Notes: generated by a model from the letters alone, not told the origin. DNA of 64,000 nt from Lytechinus pictus (GCF_037042905.1 NC_087245.1:21764001-21828000), one strand, 5' to 3'; counted from the first letter of the stretch, positions 39,242-53,450 are shown. A program made the numbers and translations.

Positions 39242-39496
39242 TTATAAATGAGCTTGGATGTTTTAATCTTACCAAATACAAAGTGGATCTGATGTCAAGA
39301 AGTGAAAAGCTTGGAAGGGACCAGTGTTTTACCCACTGCAGGGCGCTATCTTCTCCACAATATGCTGTGCATCGAAACAGATCCGACTGCTCATGTATCA
39401 ACCAATCAGAACTTAATGTTTCCAGTCTTCATCAAGATCGTGATATTTGTAATGAAGCACTTGTCCCAACCGAGTACTGGGCACCTCTCTTCGATT
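39242..39496 (+). CDS. Receptor gene exon 5: WSC-like domain
   Basis: ttaatag acceptor, T|GTAAGT donor, 255 bp, phase 1-1. ELGCF...QCFTHC...QYA...DCSC matches WSC spacing (YxGCF...CxxxC...YA...CxC). Confidence 0.8.
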
Positions 39497-40478
39497 GTAA
39501 GTTTGATTTATTGTGATTTATTTCATTTCCAGTTTCAATTAATTTCAACCAGTAAAATACAAATTGGCCAATAATAGTTTTATAACGTAACATGCAAAAA
39601 AATTGTGTTATCAAAATTGATTTCAGAACAATTTTTGTCTGTGATATTTGTTTTGGTAAACAGTTGATATTGTTTATGATGGTACTAGTAAAAAAAATCA
39701 ACTTGTACAGATTGAAAGCTGTAATTAGACGACTTATCATATCCCCTTTCTGGCATTTTTAAAGTGATTATGACGACTTAATAAAAATGAACGTTAGTAC
39801 TGTGCTAGATGTCACTTTGGTTACTTAACCACTTCGTCAGCTGAAATAAAATTGAGTTCATATTAGGATATTGTATTACTAACTTTTAATACAATCATCG
39901 TTTATTCGAGACCAAATATGATTGAGAAATTGCTGAAATAAATCAAGAAAGGGCTGAATATAATTAACTATAAAAAAATTGCAGTCTGTCTTGATGACGA
40001 CGGAAGCACTGTGTCATTTAGCACTGAGCTTGTATTGGCATGGATGCATCTGATCCTTTCACTGAATTTGATATTGCATTCCTCTCGGATAAAATATCAC
40101 CAAATTCCATTCGAAGGAAAATTGTTGTTACATGTATCTACTGAACTTAAAGATGTAAATCAAACATCTTAGTGTTGGAAAGTCAATTCAACAGAAAGGG
40201 AGGGTATTCAATGTGCCCATTTTATTCTGACCGAATTGTAGCATTCTATAGGAATTACCGTAGATTTGGTTCTTTCTAAAACAGTGTCCCCGGAACATCC
40301 AAGTGTAAAGGAAACACCGTGCAAAATTGATATAAAATGAATCAAGATGAATCATTCTTTCATAATGATAATAGGAAATTTACATGCATATTTCTTACTC
40401 CCATTCCGAATATGGTGCTGTATTTTAAAGAATATTATTTCTTATGCTTGGTCTGTAACTTTTATCATGTTATCATAG

Positions 40479-40694
40479 TAACTAATGGTTTCTGTGGCGA
40501 TCCCCCTGAAATCGAAAACGGATCTTGGTATAACACAATGAATGGATTCCTATACGGCACAACGATCACCGCTAAGTGTGATGAAAACTATGAGCTTATT
40601 GATGGAGATGGGAGGATGCGATGTGAGGAGAGCTCTACAAATCAAGATTTTGAATGGCATGGAAACATTCCATCTTGCCGAATGAGGAATACTG
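40479..40694 (+). CDS. Receptor gene exon 6: CCP/sushi domain
   Basis: tcatag acceptor, G|GTAAGT donor, 216 bp, phase 1-1. CGDPPEIENG...YGTTITAKCDENYEL.G...C...W.G.IPSC. Confidence 0.92.
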
Positions 40695-43600
40695 GTAAGT
40701 AAAGTGAGATTATCATGACTACGTTCAGTGACGTAACTACGGAGGGTGCGGGCGGCCCTTGCCTCCTCCCCAATCGGCTGGCATAAAAAAGAGGGATAAG
40801 GGAGAGAAAGTGGGAGAAAGAAAGAGAAACAGATAAAAAACGAAAATATAAAAGAATAACTATCTGTTAAATTTTCTTTATTGGAATTAGGGAGCTTGTC
40901 AAAAGTCCATGCACCGTTCTTGATCGTTTTTACCGCATCCGGGTTTTCGCTTCGGCTTTCCCGCCCAACGTTCCCTTGTCTTCAAAGGAACGGCCGCCAT
41001 CAAAGGTCCATTGATGCCACCGTTCTTTTGTTCGTCTTTCCTGCAAGTCTTAATTTCTGTCGAAAGACCGAAGAATCTATTCTAAATAGCTCCCTCTACG
41101 ACCAAAACAAAGGCGTGCCTTCATATTTACTGTCGGATCGGAGAGTTCGGGTCACTGTGGTTCGCATCTATAATGGAAGTTCGGGTGCAGTAAAGCCACG
41201 GTAGCTTAATCAAAAATCACGCACGTGTCATAAATCGTTACTGATCTTTCGAATTTGCTGCAATAACCATGAAAACCTCTTTTTTTTTTGCAATTGGAAG
41301 AGAGTCAATTCAGGATGTTTTAGGTGGGAAAATAAGATTCCACACATTTTCGTTTCGTAGGCCCAAGCCATTCGTAGAATTCACGTCAACTTGGAATATT
41401 TATTATTACTCGCATCTGAAACAAGTTTGGAGCCCCCCCCCCCCCAAAAAAAAAAAAAAAAAAAAAAGGAAATGGAAAGATGAAATGACTATGACCGGAA
41501 CAGCTTGGCACTATTAGGCATAGATAGATCAACGATTTATTAGAAACTGTAAGAAATAATTTGTTCAATTTTTGGACGGGCAACCATTTCCCCAGGATAA
41601 CATATTGTCTTAGTCTTAAATTTCCTTATCTCCTTGTTTTAAAGAAGCGGGACCAAAAGAGAAGATGAAAAGAGGAAGAAGAAAACTAAGAAGGATAGGG
41701 AGAGAAAAGGAAGGGGAAACAGAGAGATAATAAAAAAATAATATTGGGGTGGAGGAAGAGGAAGGGTGAAAAAAATATGGAGGAAAAACAGTTGAACGAG
41801 AAAAAAAACTAGGAAATTTGAGAGGGGAAGAAATTTAGGATCGCCAATCAATGGGAGAGGGGGGACAAATTGAAATATGGAAATGGATAGAGACAGAAAA
41901 TAGGGGAAAGAAGAAGAAAGAGCTGGTGGACGATGGGGGGGGGGGAGAAAAAAAAGGGGGAAAGTGAAAGGGGAACAGAGGGGAAGACTTGCAGTGGCGG
42001 AGGCTGGATGTGTGAAAAGGGCTAAATTTTCCAATAAAATTTGATTTCATACCTATCACATCACAATCATTTTAGGGCCATGCTCATATAACCAAGGAGA
42101 TATCATCTCCTTGATATAATATAGTACTCAAGAATGGAATGGTGACATGAACTTTTATGACCGGGATTTACCAATGTAATTATAAACTTAAAAGCTTTAA
42201 ATCATCATCAAGAAGGAATGTAAGCGGACAAAATTCAGTTAAAAAAATAAGAATAAACTAAATGGGAGGCTTACAAGTTGCATAAATTGTGTGTGATTTT
42301 TATTTCATCAAAAAAGTATTTTTCTTGGTATTATTCATTGAATGTGTGACTTTCGTAACGTTCAGTATCTTTCATTTGTCATAATCACCAAGGCTACCAC
42401 TACCACATTCACCATCACCGCCACCACCACCATCATCATCATCAGTGTTGATTATCATCACTATCATCAGCAGCATCATTATCGTCAGCAGCAAATCATC
42501 TATGTCATTATCATAGTTATTGAAATTAGGATCATTTTGGTAAGGAAATAATGAAAGGGACTGAAAATAAAAAGTTTGTAGCGGGAAGGGAAGGAGGTGA
42601 ATTTGTTCTAAAGTAAAACCAATGTGAGTAGAATTAACTCTATGTTTTTATCTATATTGCAGTGATGGTAAAAATCAGTACAATACTAGGATGCCATGAT
42701 GTTCAATAATTTAAACTTCAAATTTCAATACTTCACGGGTGAAGATATGGGGCCGTAAGCTTCAGGGTAATTATGTAGAATGATATTAACATTAGATCAT
42801 TACTCTAAAATAGATGAAAGATAATTATTTATCATCTATATGAGGTTGTACACAACTGGCCTACAGCAAAAGCGAATGGGGCCATGATATAGTCTTCTCC
42901 AGCAAGAGAATTGAACATTATTGATCTTTCAGGATTACTTGGCATTAATACTCATCGAACTGTTCTTAGTCATTGCCCAGGCCTATGGTCATGAAAGAGC
43001 AAGATCACTCACCCGTGTAGAGAATCATTAATTGACAATGGCATGCTCAGCGGGTTGGCTATAGACCACAATGAATGGGAGAGGCGCTCAGAGAATAGTT
43101 CCCCATATCCGCTGTCGTGATTATTGTCATAATTTCAATAGACGAACCTTCTTCAAAAGACCGTTGGCCCGTCCGATGGGGAATCTTTTGTACTATAGTG
43201 TATTAAAGTGCGTGTATACAGTAACTACCGTCCCGACTTCTTTCTTTCACCATCATCGAGTAGCGATTAGCACGTAAAACCGCATAAATTATCTCACAAA
43301 ACGGATCTAATGTTCATGATTACCAGCATCACCATAATCATTACTATTATCTTTCATATATTCTTAATTATATAAAATATAAAATTGATATTGGAGAACG
43401 ATTGTAAATAGATAATGAATGAATGATGATGGTGATGATGATAATGATAATTATAACTTTGAAGTGATATTAACAGACATGATAATACGAATAATAATAT
43501 CAGTGATAATGTTGATGATTAAATGATAACAAATGAAGATGATTGGTATATTTTGCGGCAATGAACCATGTATAACTTGAGACGCGTTTTTTTCTTTATT

Positions 43601-43929
43601 ATGTTTGTTTTAAAAGGGTTTTCACATCATGATCCTGAAATACATAGATTATATTTAAATTAAAAATAGAGAGAATGGATGGCCTTCATCTAATTTTGGA
43701 AAAGATTTTGCGGGTTCTCAAGTCGAACGCAGTATCAAACATGATTGCATATCGAGGTCGATGCGATTTTTATATCGACATCATTCCCCAGTAGTCCAGT
43801 CAATCTAGCCAGAATAGGGGGGTAACCCACCACTAATTGCAACACAAGATATTCCACTGAAATGTTTTCCAGGAAGGTCCCCTAAACAACATACTAAAAG
43901 TCCCAAGAAATCCAAGCAGTGGAAATTTA

Positions 43930-44545
43930 TTAAATTTGCATATTATGCAAATTAGCCATGAAAAATTAGACAAAGAAGGGAAATAATCTAAAGATTACAA
44001 ATTAAATGTCCAAAACAATTTAATTTGAATGGAAATTCATGATAAATAACTGAATTCAATGTTTTTAATCAAAAGTGCAAAAATTTCTACCTCATTTGCA
44101 TATTATGCAAATAAGCATCCTTATATGGAAAAAATGTCAAGATATTGTGAATTTTCTCATATAGACTGCTTGAAAATATTTCATTAATGTTGACATTAAT
44201 ATGCTACTATATTCCAAACATGAAAATTCATCCCAATGCCTGAAAAATAATTTGCATATTATGCAAATTAGCCATTTAAAAAAAAAATGAGGAAATTAAT
44301 CCAAAGATTACAAATTAAATGTCCACAGCAAGTAATTTTGAACAAAAGTTCATGATGAATAAATAAGTTCAATGTCTTTATTTAAAAGAGCTAGCAAATG
44401 CGCCTCATTTGCATATTATGCAAATAAGTATCCTTATATGGAAAATGTCAAGAAATTTTGATTTTTATCACATTGACTGCAGTGAAAACATTGCAGTTTT
44501 TCAAATTAATATGCTGCTATCACTAAGCATTCAAATCTATCCTAA
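43930..44545. repeat. Tandem repeat, ~157-bp period, each unit carrying ATTTGCATATTATGCAAAT
   Basis: Motif at 43934, 44094, 44250 and 44407. Units alternate as a ~314-bp dimer. Confidence 0.85.
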
Positions 44546-44739
44546 TATGATTTATATTCAAGGAAAAATACTGGAAATATGTTCTTCGCTTCCTAAGCGT
44601 TAGTCTGACAAGATGATGGGATTGGCAAGAACAAATCACAGTATTTGAATTGGTGTGTATATAGTTTGTTAGAGTTGACAACCATTTCTTATGTGGATGA
44701 GAACGACTTAGACTTTCTTGAAATTTCGATCACCGCATA

Positions 44740-44895
44740 AACATGATAAAGTGAGGCCAGGAAAAGCAAACTTATGGCAGGTAAGATCTGATGAGTAGTC
44801 TCATTAAGAAGTGCAGCAGAGATTCCGTCTGGCCTAGTAGCTTCATGCAGGTTGTTTTCTTTAACATTTTCTTCAGTAGTCTGGCTACACATGCT
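44740..44895 (-). pseudogene. LINE (CR1/L2-like) ORF2 fragment
   Basis: LHEATRPDGISAALLNETTHQILPAISLLFLASL resembles the KAxGPDGI..LKE....I...L..LF..SL segment that precedes LINE RT. Confidence 0.6.
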
Positions 44896-47800
44896 TGACT
44901 AAACAATATGCTATCTGGCCATATCTGGGTCAGGACTGGGTCCCAGGACTTCAGCGTCATCATCATCATGATCAGTGGTGAATACTAAGACTAAAAATAT
45001 TTGCCTTCCTTTAATAATGATATTCCAATGTAATCATAGCTATTGATATTAAGGGCTTCCAACATGCTAATTGTTACAGCCTGGATCATTGTCAATCCGG
45101 TCAACAAATTATGTATTATAGGCTTGTCTATAAACCCTCTTATGGTTCTAATTGTCATGTTAAAACTCTTCGATTAACTTTGATAAATGATACGTAATTT
45201 TGTCTTTAGAATTTTGTCGAGTATCAACAAGCATTCTAAATTGTTTACAAAAGTGCAGTGATCATCGGATTTTTTCAGATGTCACGAATCAAGCACCATT
45301 TCTCGATGATGTTCTATTTTAGAAATAATCTTTTGAGCACCAAACGAAGTATATGTTGTAATGTTATTCAGACCCAGATCGTGAAGTCTGTCCCGATAGA
45401 TGGTTTACAAGAAAAAAATACGCAGACATTTTGGTCGGTCGCCAAATCGCTGGGAAAAAAAATGAAAAGGGCTAAATTTTCCAATAAAACACATTTGATT
45501 TCATACCTATCACATCACAATCATTTAGGGCCATGCTCATATAATACAGTAATAGGGAATGGAATGGTGACATGAACTTTTCTGACCGGGATTTACCAAT
45601 ATAATTATAAACTTAAAAGCTTTAAACCATAAAGAAGGAATATGAACGGATACACTGCAGTTTTTTGTAATAAGAATAGATTAAATAGGAGGCCTACAAG
45701 AAGCATACATTGTGTGTGAATTTTATATCATCAAAAATTATGTTTCTTGGTATTATTCATTGAATGTGTGACTTTCGTAACTTTCAGTATTTTCATTTAT
45801 TATAATCATCAAGGCTGCCACATTCACTACCACCGCCACCACCATCATCAGTGTTAATTATCATCACTATCATCAGCAGGATCATTATAGTCAAGTCAAC
45901 AGCAAATCATCTATGTCATTATCGTAGTTATTGAAATTAGGATCATTTTGGTAAGGAAATAATAAAAATGAGAGAAAGGTTGTAGCGGGAAGGGGGGTGT
46001 GAATTTGTTCTAAAGTAAAATCAATGTGAGTAGAATTAACTTTGTTTTTATCTATATTGCAGTGATGGTAAACATCATTGCAATACTATTTAGGATGCCA
46101 TGATGTTCAATAATTCAAGCTTAAAAATTCAATACTTCACGGGTGAAGATATGGGGCCGTAAGCTGCAGGGAGATAATTATGTAGAATAATATTAAAATT
46201 AGATCATTACTCTAAAATAGATGAAATGTAATTATTATATATTTATTATTTATATTAGTTTGTACACTTAATGGCCTAACGGCAAAAGCAAATAGGGCCA
46301 TGATATAGTCTTCTCCATCAAGAGAATTGAACATTATTTTCCTTTCAGGATTAATTGCTGGGCATTATACTCATCGAACTGTTCTAAGTCATTGCCCAGG
46401 CCTATGATCATGAAAAAGCAAGATCACTGACCCGTATAGTAGAGAATCATTGACAATGGCATGCTCAGCGCGTTCGCCACAGAGAACAATGGGAGAGACG
46501 CGCACAGACTTTAGTTCCCCATATCCGCTGTCGTGATTATAGTCGTAATTTCAATAGATTAACTTACTTCAAAAGACCGTTGGCCGGTCCGATGGGGAAT
46601 CTTTTGTACTATAGTGTATTAAAGTGCGTATATACAGTAACTACCGTCCCGACTTCTTTTGTGCTATTTAAAAGATTTCTTTCACCACCATCGAGTAGCA
46701 ATTAGCACGTAAAATCGCATAAAATACCTGACAAAACGGGTCTAATGTTCATGATTACCAGCATCACCATAATCATTACTATTACCTTTCATATATTTAT
46801 AATTATAGAAAATATAAAATTGACATTGGAGAACGATTGGAAATAGATAATGAATGATGATGATAATGATAATAACAGTGATGATGATAATGATAATAAT
46901 AACAATGAAGTGATATTAACGGACATGATAATACGAATAATAATATAAGTGAAAATGTTGATGATCAAATTATAACAAATGAAGATGATTGGTATATTTT
47001 GCGGTATAATGAACCATGTATAACATGAGACACATTTTTCCTTTATCATGTTTGTTATAAAAGGATTTTTATATCATGATCCTGAAATACATAGATTATA
47101 TTTCAGTTTTCAAACAAAATTAAGAAGAGGGAGAATGGATGGCCTTTATCTAATTATGGAAAAGTTTTTGCTGGTTGCCAAGTCCGATGCAGTATCAATC
47201 ATGATTGCATACCGAGGTCGATGCGATTTTTATATCAACGTCATCATCCCCCAGAGTTTATCAAGTTTAATTTGAGTTTGTGTGCATTTTCGCAAAAATT
47301 GAAATTTGTCATGTTTGTAATACGAGATTATTCTAATTTTAGAGTGCTGTATCATCCGAACTGCATGCCATCCCGGCTATATACGTACGTTTTGAATTCA
47401 TCGCCTAATTCAATTTCTGGATGCATGATACCATGCACTGCAGTTAAAGCGGAATGTCTCGGTCATATGTCAAAACTTAAGGTAATAATATTCAAACATA
47501 TCAGCTCTTTTTTTAACTGTGATCCATATCCACTCACAATTTTCATACAAATCTCGAATTTTCCGCTTCCGCTTCGCATCAGTTGCTTATTTGTATAACT
47601 ATATTTTTCATGATTACAAAAATTGCTTAGAATTTTCATTCTTCAGGTAGAAATGTCAAGATTTTCAGCTCACGCTTCGCGCTCACATTATTAACTTGTT
47701 GAAATATGTAACGTTTTCATTTACGGATATTACAAGCAGCCGTTAACAGTTCCCTTTTTATCAGAATGATCAAAACTCATTTTATTCATCTCGTTTAGGA

Positions 47801-48256
47801 TGACAAACATTGCCAGAATGCCACTTTAGGACAAAATACATGAAATAATAATTTAAGAAATATCTCGCGCCTCGCGCTCGCACTATTTAAAAAAGGCTTA
47901 TGAGACTATGTTAGATTTATTTTGATTTATAAGAATAAAGCTTAGAATTGACAATAGGACTACCCCTTCAAACAAAACAAAAAATCAGATTTGAGCGGCT
48001 GATCGCGGGTCATGCCTTTTGTGGATAAAAAAATTCCGCCCGCCCCCCCCCCCTTCATCGCTGTGATGCCAACACTGAACAGTTAAATGTTCTTACTCGC
48101 GATGAACATGAACAAAGGTTATTTTGCCGAAAGCATGAATCCAGTTAATGCTTATTTAACCACATGTCTATCAGGGTTTTTGTATGAAAAAAGATGAAAA
48201 AAAGATCGGGCTCAGTGTGGTTAAAAAAAAAAATCTTACCCGCGCCTGAACATTAA

Positions 48257-48854
48257 CCCTTAAAGGACTGGGCTATTTGAGATGTATTTAGGACTGGGGG
48301 GATGATGCCCCCCCCCCCCTTCTCATATCGGCCGCTGTTCACACGATCGCGCCGAAATTTGGTACGCACATTCCTTGCCATATAAACTACAAGATAGTAT
48401 TAAAAAATTCTGAAAATAATTATTTTTTATTTATTATGAATAAGATATGCAAATTTATTCATGAAAAGCATTATTTGCATGTTTTACACCCAATTTCACT
48501 TCAAAGTTTCTTCTTTTTTTCTGATCTCATATTTGTAACCTTATTTATATTAAACCCTAAATTAATCAAGCAGACCAATTAGAACGACAAATATTCACCC
48601 TTTTATAATTATATTTCATCTCCCATAGACTTTGTACACAAATTATGAAAATGAGCCATTTTCGGCATGACATTGTCTCGTAAAAAGTCAAGTGACGTCG
48701 CGATGCTTATACCCATATGTCACAAATTCGGTCTCAAAAGTTGCGCGAGACTTCAAAAAAAGTCATAAAATTTTGCGGGGCTATCTGTTTGCGTTTCAGA
48801 AATATCGTGCGAAGTGTCGAAGGGGGGCATCATGCTCCCCCAGTCCTTTTAGGG
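48257..48854. mobile_element. piggyBac-like MITE
   Basis: TTAA|cccttaaaggactggg...cccagtccttttaggg|TTAA. Confidence 0.82.
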
Positions 48855-48956
48855 TTAAGTTTTAGACGGTCAACACGGTCTATTCTTGAAACTAAAACAA
48901 CATGTTCATGCTATTAAGCTCAATTAATCTATCAAAACAATCTAAATCTAGTTGAA

Positions 48957-51163
48957 CATGGGCGGAAATCTGTCCCGAAAGGTAGGGGGGACAACAGGGG
49001 CTGATCCAGCATTCGCCAATAGGGGGGGGGGGCGAAACATTTTCAGTCATATGTTAATCCCCGATCGGCAGCTCGAAGGTAATTTTTGTCTGTTTCATTG
49101 AAGGAGAAGTCCTCATGGTCACTTTTTAGCTTTATCCTTATAAATCAACATAAATATATGATATCGTTTTCCTTATTTATTTAATGCGAGCAATTTTTTT
49201 TGGAAAATTTATGTATTTTTTTCCTAAAATTTGAACATTCTGGGCAATGTTTGTTATCCTGAAAAAGATGTATATACAACTAAATATTTACTACGACCGC
49301 GAAGTGCGAGCAGAGGTTAACTGATGGAAAAGGTACCTGTTAAAGACTGCTTGCAATTAGCCATGAAAACGTTACATATTTCAACAATCAAATAATGCGA
49401 GCGCGAAGCGCGAGCTGAAATTTTTTGAAATTTTTACCTAAAGACTGAAAATTCTAAGCACTTTTTGTAACTTAAACATATAATAGGTATATAACTAAAC
49501 AATTGATGCGAACGCGAAGCACGAGCGGAAGGTTTTGAGATTTAGACCTAAGAACGAGACACTCTGTTCATGTTTTGTAAATCATGAAAAGGATGAGTAA
49601 TTGGGGTCTTTCTTACACCCGGTCCTTACATTAATAAAGCGAGTGCAAAATGCAGCCAGAAAATGTTCATATACGTTTAATTTGAATTGATCGAAAGGGT
49701 ACTTGTTAAGGACTGTTTGCACTTAGCCATGAAGACGTTACATATTTCAACAATCAATGCTAGCGCGAATCGCGAGCTGAAAATTTTTGACATTTTTAAC
49801 AAAAGAATCGAAAATTTTAATCAATTTTTGTAATCGTGAACAGGGTAGCTATATAACTAAACAATAGATGTAAGCGAAGCTTGAGCAGAAAAAAAATCGA
49901 GATTTAGACCTAAAAACGGGACACTCTACTCATGTTTTGTAAATCATGAAAAGGATGAGTAATAGGGGATCTTTCTACATTAATAATGCGAGCACAAAGC
50001 GCGAGCAGAAAATTTTTGATATTGTGATCTGAAACTGGATAATGATTTAAATAGAGAACAAATTGAATATCTGAATAAACATGAGCGTGTTTCAGATTTA
50101 GACCTAAAATCTCGGCATTTTACACATCTATCAGCGAGCGCAAAGCGCGAGCATAAACTATTTGATATTCCGATCTGAAAAAAAGAGTCAATTTCAGCTA
50201 TATATTTCAAGCACTTTGTAGGAAAATTGTGAGGTGGATATGGATCACACTTAATAAAGAGCTGATATTTTTCATTATTATTTGAGTTTTGACATAGGAC
50301 CGGGACATCCTTAGGACAAGTCATATGAAAATGATGACTATCTTCCTTTTCCTCTTACTAAGCGCAAGATGAAACAAAAGGGACAATTTAATCATTAAAT
50401 TGATATCTTATTTATTAATGCATAATGCGGGCGGGAAATCTTATGATATTATGGCCTGAAAACTGGACATTTCAAGCACTTTTGTAATTAGGAATAGAAT
50501 GCATCAGTTAAAACATTTTAACCATCAATGCGAGCGCAAATCGCGAGCCAAAATCTTTGATAAACTGTCATGAAAATCAATATTGAGACATACATAAATC
50601 GCCTATCAAAATACGAGCAGCACTTTCTGCTACGTTTTGACAATCAGACTTGAAAAGGGATATTTTCAAACTAAATGGAATACACAAAAATCATAGGTAC
50701 TGAATAAATCGAATTTTGCGAGCGCTCAGTGCGAGTAGAAAATGTCAATATTCAGACCATAAAAGCTGAAACTTTTACAGATCACTTTTTTAAAAATCCG
50801 TTTGTAAATCACAAAAAAAAAAATGAAAGTTTGATTTCCGAGGTGAAATGTATAATGTCTATTGACTTCCAAACATGATATTTAAGCTCTATATTGAAAA
50901 ATCACCTAACAGGCAATGCGAGCGCGAAGCGCGAGCGAAAATTTTATATGGTGACATTAAAGATTATTTTTATTTTCCAAGTTTTCCCCTCATCTTATTT
51001 TATTTACTCTAAAATACACGTATTATTTCGAATGTGAATGATGCATTTTTCTCCATCATAAAAGACCAAAAATAGTAGGGGGGACATTTGATATTGTGTC
51101 CCCCCTACTCTTTTTGGTAGGGGGGACACGTCCCCCCTGTCCCCCCTGGGATTTCCGCCCATG
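48957..51163. mobile_element. hAT-like non-autonomous transposon, 2.2 kb
   Basis: TIR catgggcggaaatc, perfect 8-bp TSD tagttgaa, internal arrays of gcgagcgcgaagcgcgagc. Confidence 0.88.
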
Positions 51164-51774
51164 TAGTTGAACTTGTTACTACTGAAGCCTGAAAGCAGGA
51201 AGTATAAACATTTGTAGAAGCGTAGCTTTTGGAAAATATAACAATTAAACGTACACGCCACTGAACTATTATCGGCCTTTGCATGGATCCTCGCATTGTC
51301 AACATAGAGGGCGCTCATGCAAAAACAACAAATCGGATAGTTGCTTGAGAGGATTCATCGAGGTGTCACTGTAAAAGATAAAAGAGCCGCGTCCGTTTTC
51401 GCTGCAAAAGGGCACGCTGGCGTCTTGAATGGCAAGAGCACTGACCCGTAGGAAAGAAAAATGGACAATGGCACGCTCAGCGGGTTCGCCGTAGATTATA
51501 AAGGTAAAGACGCACGCACACTTTTGACAACACGCCTTAGTATTTATTCATTTTGGTTACATAATAAAAAAGTTAAGTTGTATGTGTTTTACTTTAATTG
51601 CTAAATTTCATGCCGTATGCTTGAATTTTAAACTATTTTCAAATTTTTGTTCGTGCACCCCCATGCCTTGACTCACGGTACGCCACTTACGACGTTAAGA
51701 AACGTTCTCCGTTTTGTATTCTATAACAGAACACATGTACGAGTGAAGAAGGAGGTTGTGTTCTCCTCATGATC

Positions 51775-53197
51775 CAACCGCGTAGCCAGGATTTCATTTT
51801 GGAGGGGGCGGTAAATACACGCGAAGCGTGCCAACACTTACAGAGCGCGCGAAGTGCGCTCCCTAGGGGGTGGGTGCAAGGAGGGGGAGTTTCCCCCTCC
51901 CTCGCGAAGCGCGAAGCTTTCGGTGTTTTATAAATTAAAATGAAAAGGAGCCGTCTCTCTTGTCTCTAGTACCTATATCAGCTCCAATTCAGTTGACTAT
52001 ATTGTGATTTTGAACCTTATTTTCAAAAGTGATTGTGAACGCACAAAAAAGGAATACAATGGTGGAAATTGAAATAATAATAACCCCGCGCGAAGCCCGG
52101 AAGCTAAAGCGTTTTATCAATTTTTTTGCAAAGAAAAGGGTATTCTCTAAGATATTTTGAATACTTCCCTTGGAAAGATCAGATTTGATTACAAACAATT
52201 TAGCGACAGTGCATATCTTTAACTCCCAAAACAGAGGAGAAGAAGGGTATATGCCGGGAGGAAGATATTCCTCCCCGCGCAGAGCAATGAAACTCTCAAA
52301 TTTCAAAGGGCGGACGTTTCATCAATTGCAGATATCTCTACTACCCCATCGGCTCTAATTCAATTGATTGTCTAAGATTATTGAACTTCATTACAAGGAA
52401 AATAGTGCGCAAAAACTTGAAACTTCTGTGATTTATTGAAATTATATAAAAAAGGATGATGTATAATTTTTTTGACTTATCCTGAAGCGCTTCATTTTGA
52501 ATGATAAAGAAACTTAAGTGTCATTCAAAATTTCAAACTGAGGGCGCAAAAAAGGACACAAGATGAATGTGCAGGGAAATGACATGAAGTTTAATAGAAT
52601 TTGATAAAAAATATTGTACTTTTTTATTTAAAACGACACGAATTTTGTACCTTCCTCTTTTTAAATTAGGAACCTGTTTGCCCCAAAATTATGGTTGTTT
52701 AGTAATGAGCTGTAAAGCAGGAGAAGTTGCCTATATGGAGGTGACGGCAGAAATTGATATAAAGATTTTACCCGCCCGGAGCCGACCCGACCAGAAGTTG
52801 CGCGATCAATTAAAAAAAAAAGATAACTTCATATACTTCGGCCTAACCTTACTCTAATTCCATGTCCTTATGTATACATTTGAACTTTATCTGGCAAAAA
52901 ACACATATAGCTGAGGTAGAAAAATAGGGTTAAAGAAAGGGTGGGGGAAACAATGGAGAACTGCAATATTGTCATTTAATTGACATATAAATTTAGAGCA
53001 AGAGTGAAGGAGTTTCTCTTTTGAGAAAAAAAATAAAGAATGAAAAGGAAAAACCCACAAAGCTACCCTTCTTCCCTTTCCTCCCTTCGCTTTTCCTTTT
53101 CTCCTCTCTTTTTTCTCTTCTTTTTTTTCTTTTTGGGGACGTTTTTTTTTGGGGGGCGACCGCCCCCACCGCCCCCCCTGGCTACACGCCTGGCCTG
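51775..53197 (-). mobile_element. hAT-like MITE, 1.4 kb (copy 2, inverted)
   Basis: Reverse complement of 13685-15110 with its own perfect TSD tcatgatc. Confidence 0.88.
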
Positions 53198-53450
53198 TCA
53201 TGATCCATATTTATACAAGATATATCTTCTTGATTAGCAGCAGGAGATCGCTTGACATCTAGTCCCGCATCAAGTGGACTGGTATTTTGTTCCAATTGCC
53301 GTTTAGTCAAACACTTGCTCTGATATTCAGATATTCACGTGGGCTAAAAGTCATGGATTCTATATAAATGCCCTGATGGTCTATTTTCTACTCATCTACT
53401 TATGTTTTCGCACTTCTTCAACTAAGAGTTTAATTCATAAACAAATTATA

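Larger units (their letters stand above)
42013..47254 (+). repeat. Direct duplication of a ~1.8-kb unit (42013-43791 and 45463-47254)
   Basis: Colinear, diverged copies from tgaaaagggctaaattttcc to cgaggtcgatgcgatttttatatc. Confidence 0.9.
40890..51536. mobile_element. Large PIF/Harbinger-like non-coding element nested in the hAT MITE
   Basis: Imperfect TIR gggagcttgtcaaaagt / acttttgacaacacgcc with TTA on both sides. Confidence 0.55.
40726..51688. mobile_element. hAT-like MITE expanded to 11 kb by nested insertions
   Basis: Termini cagtgacgtaactacgg and cacggtacgccactt of the 11139-12023 family. TSD actacgtt/acgacgtt. Confidence 0.7.
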
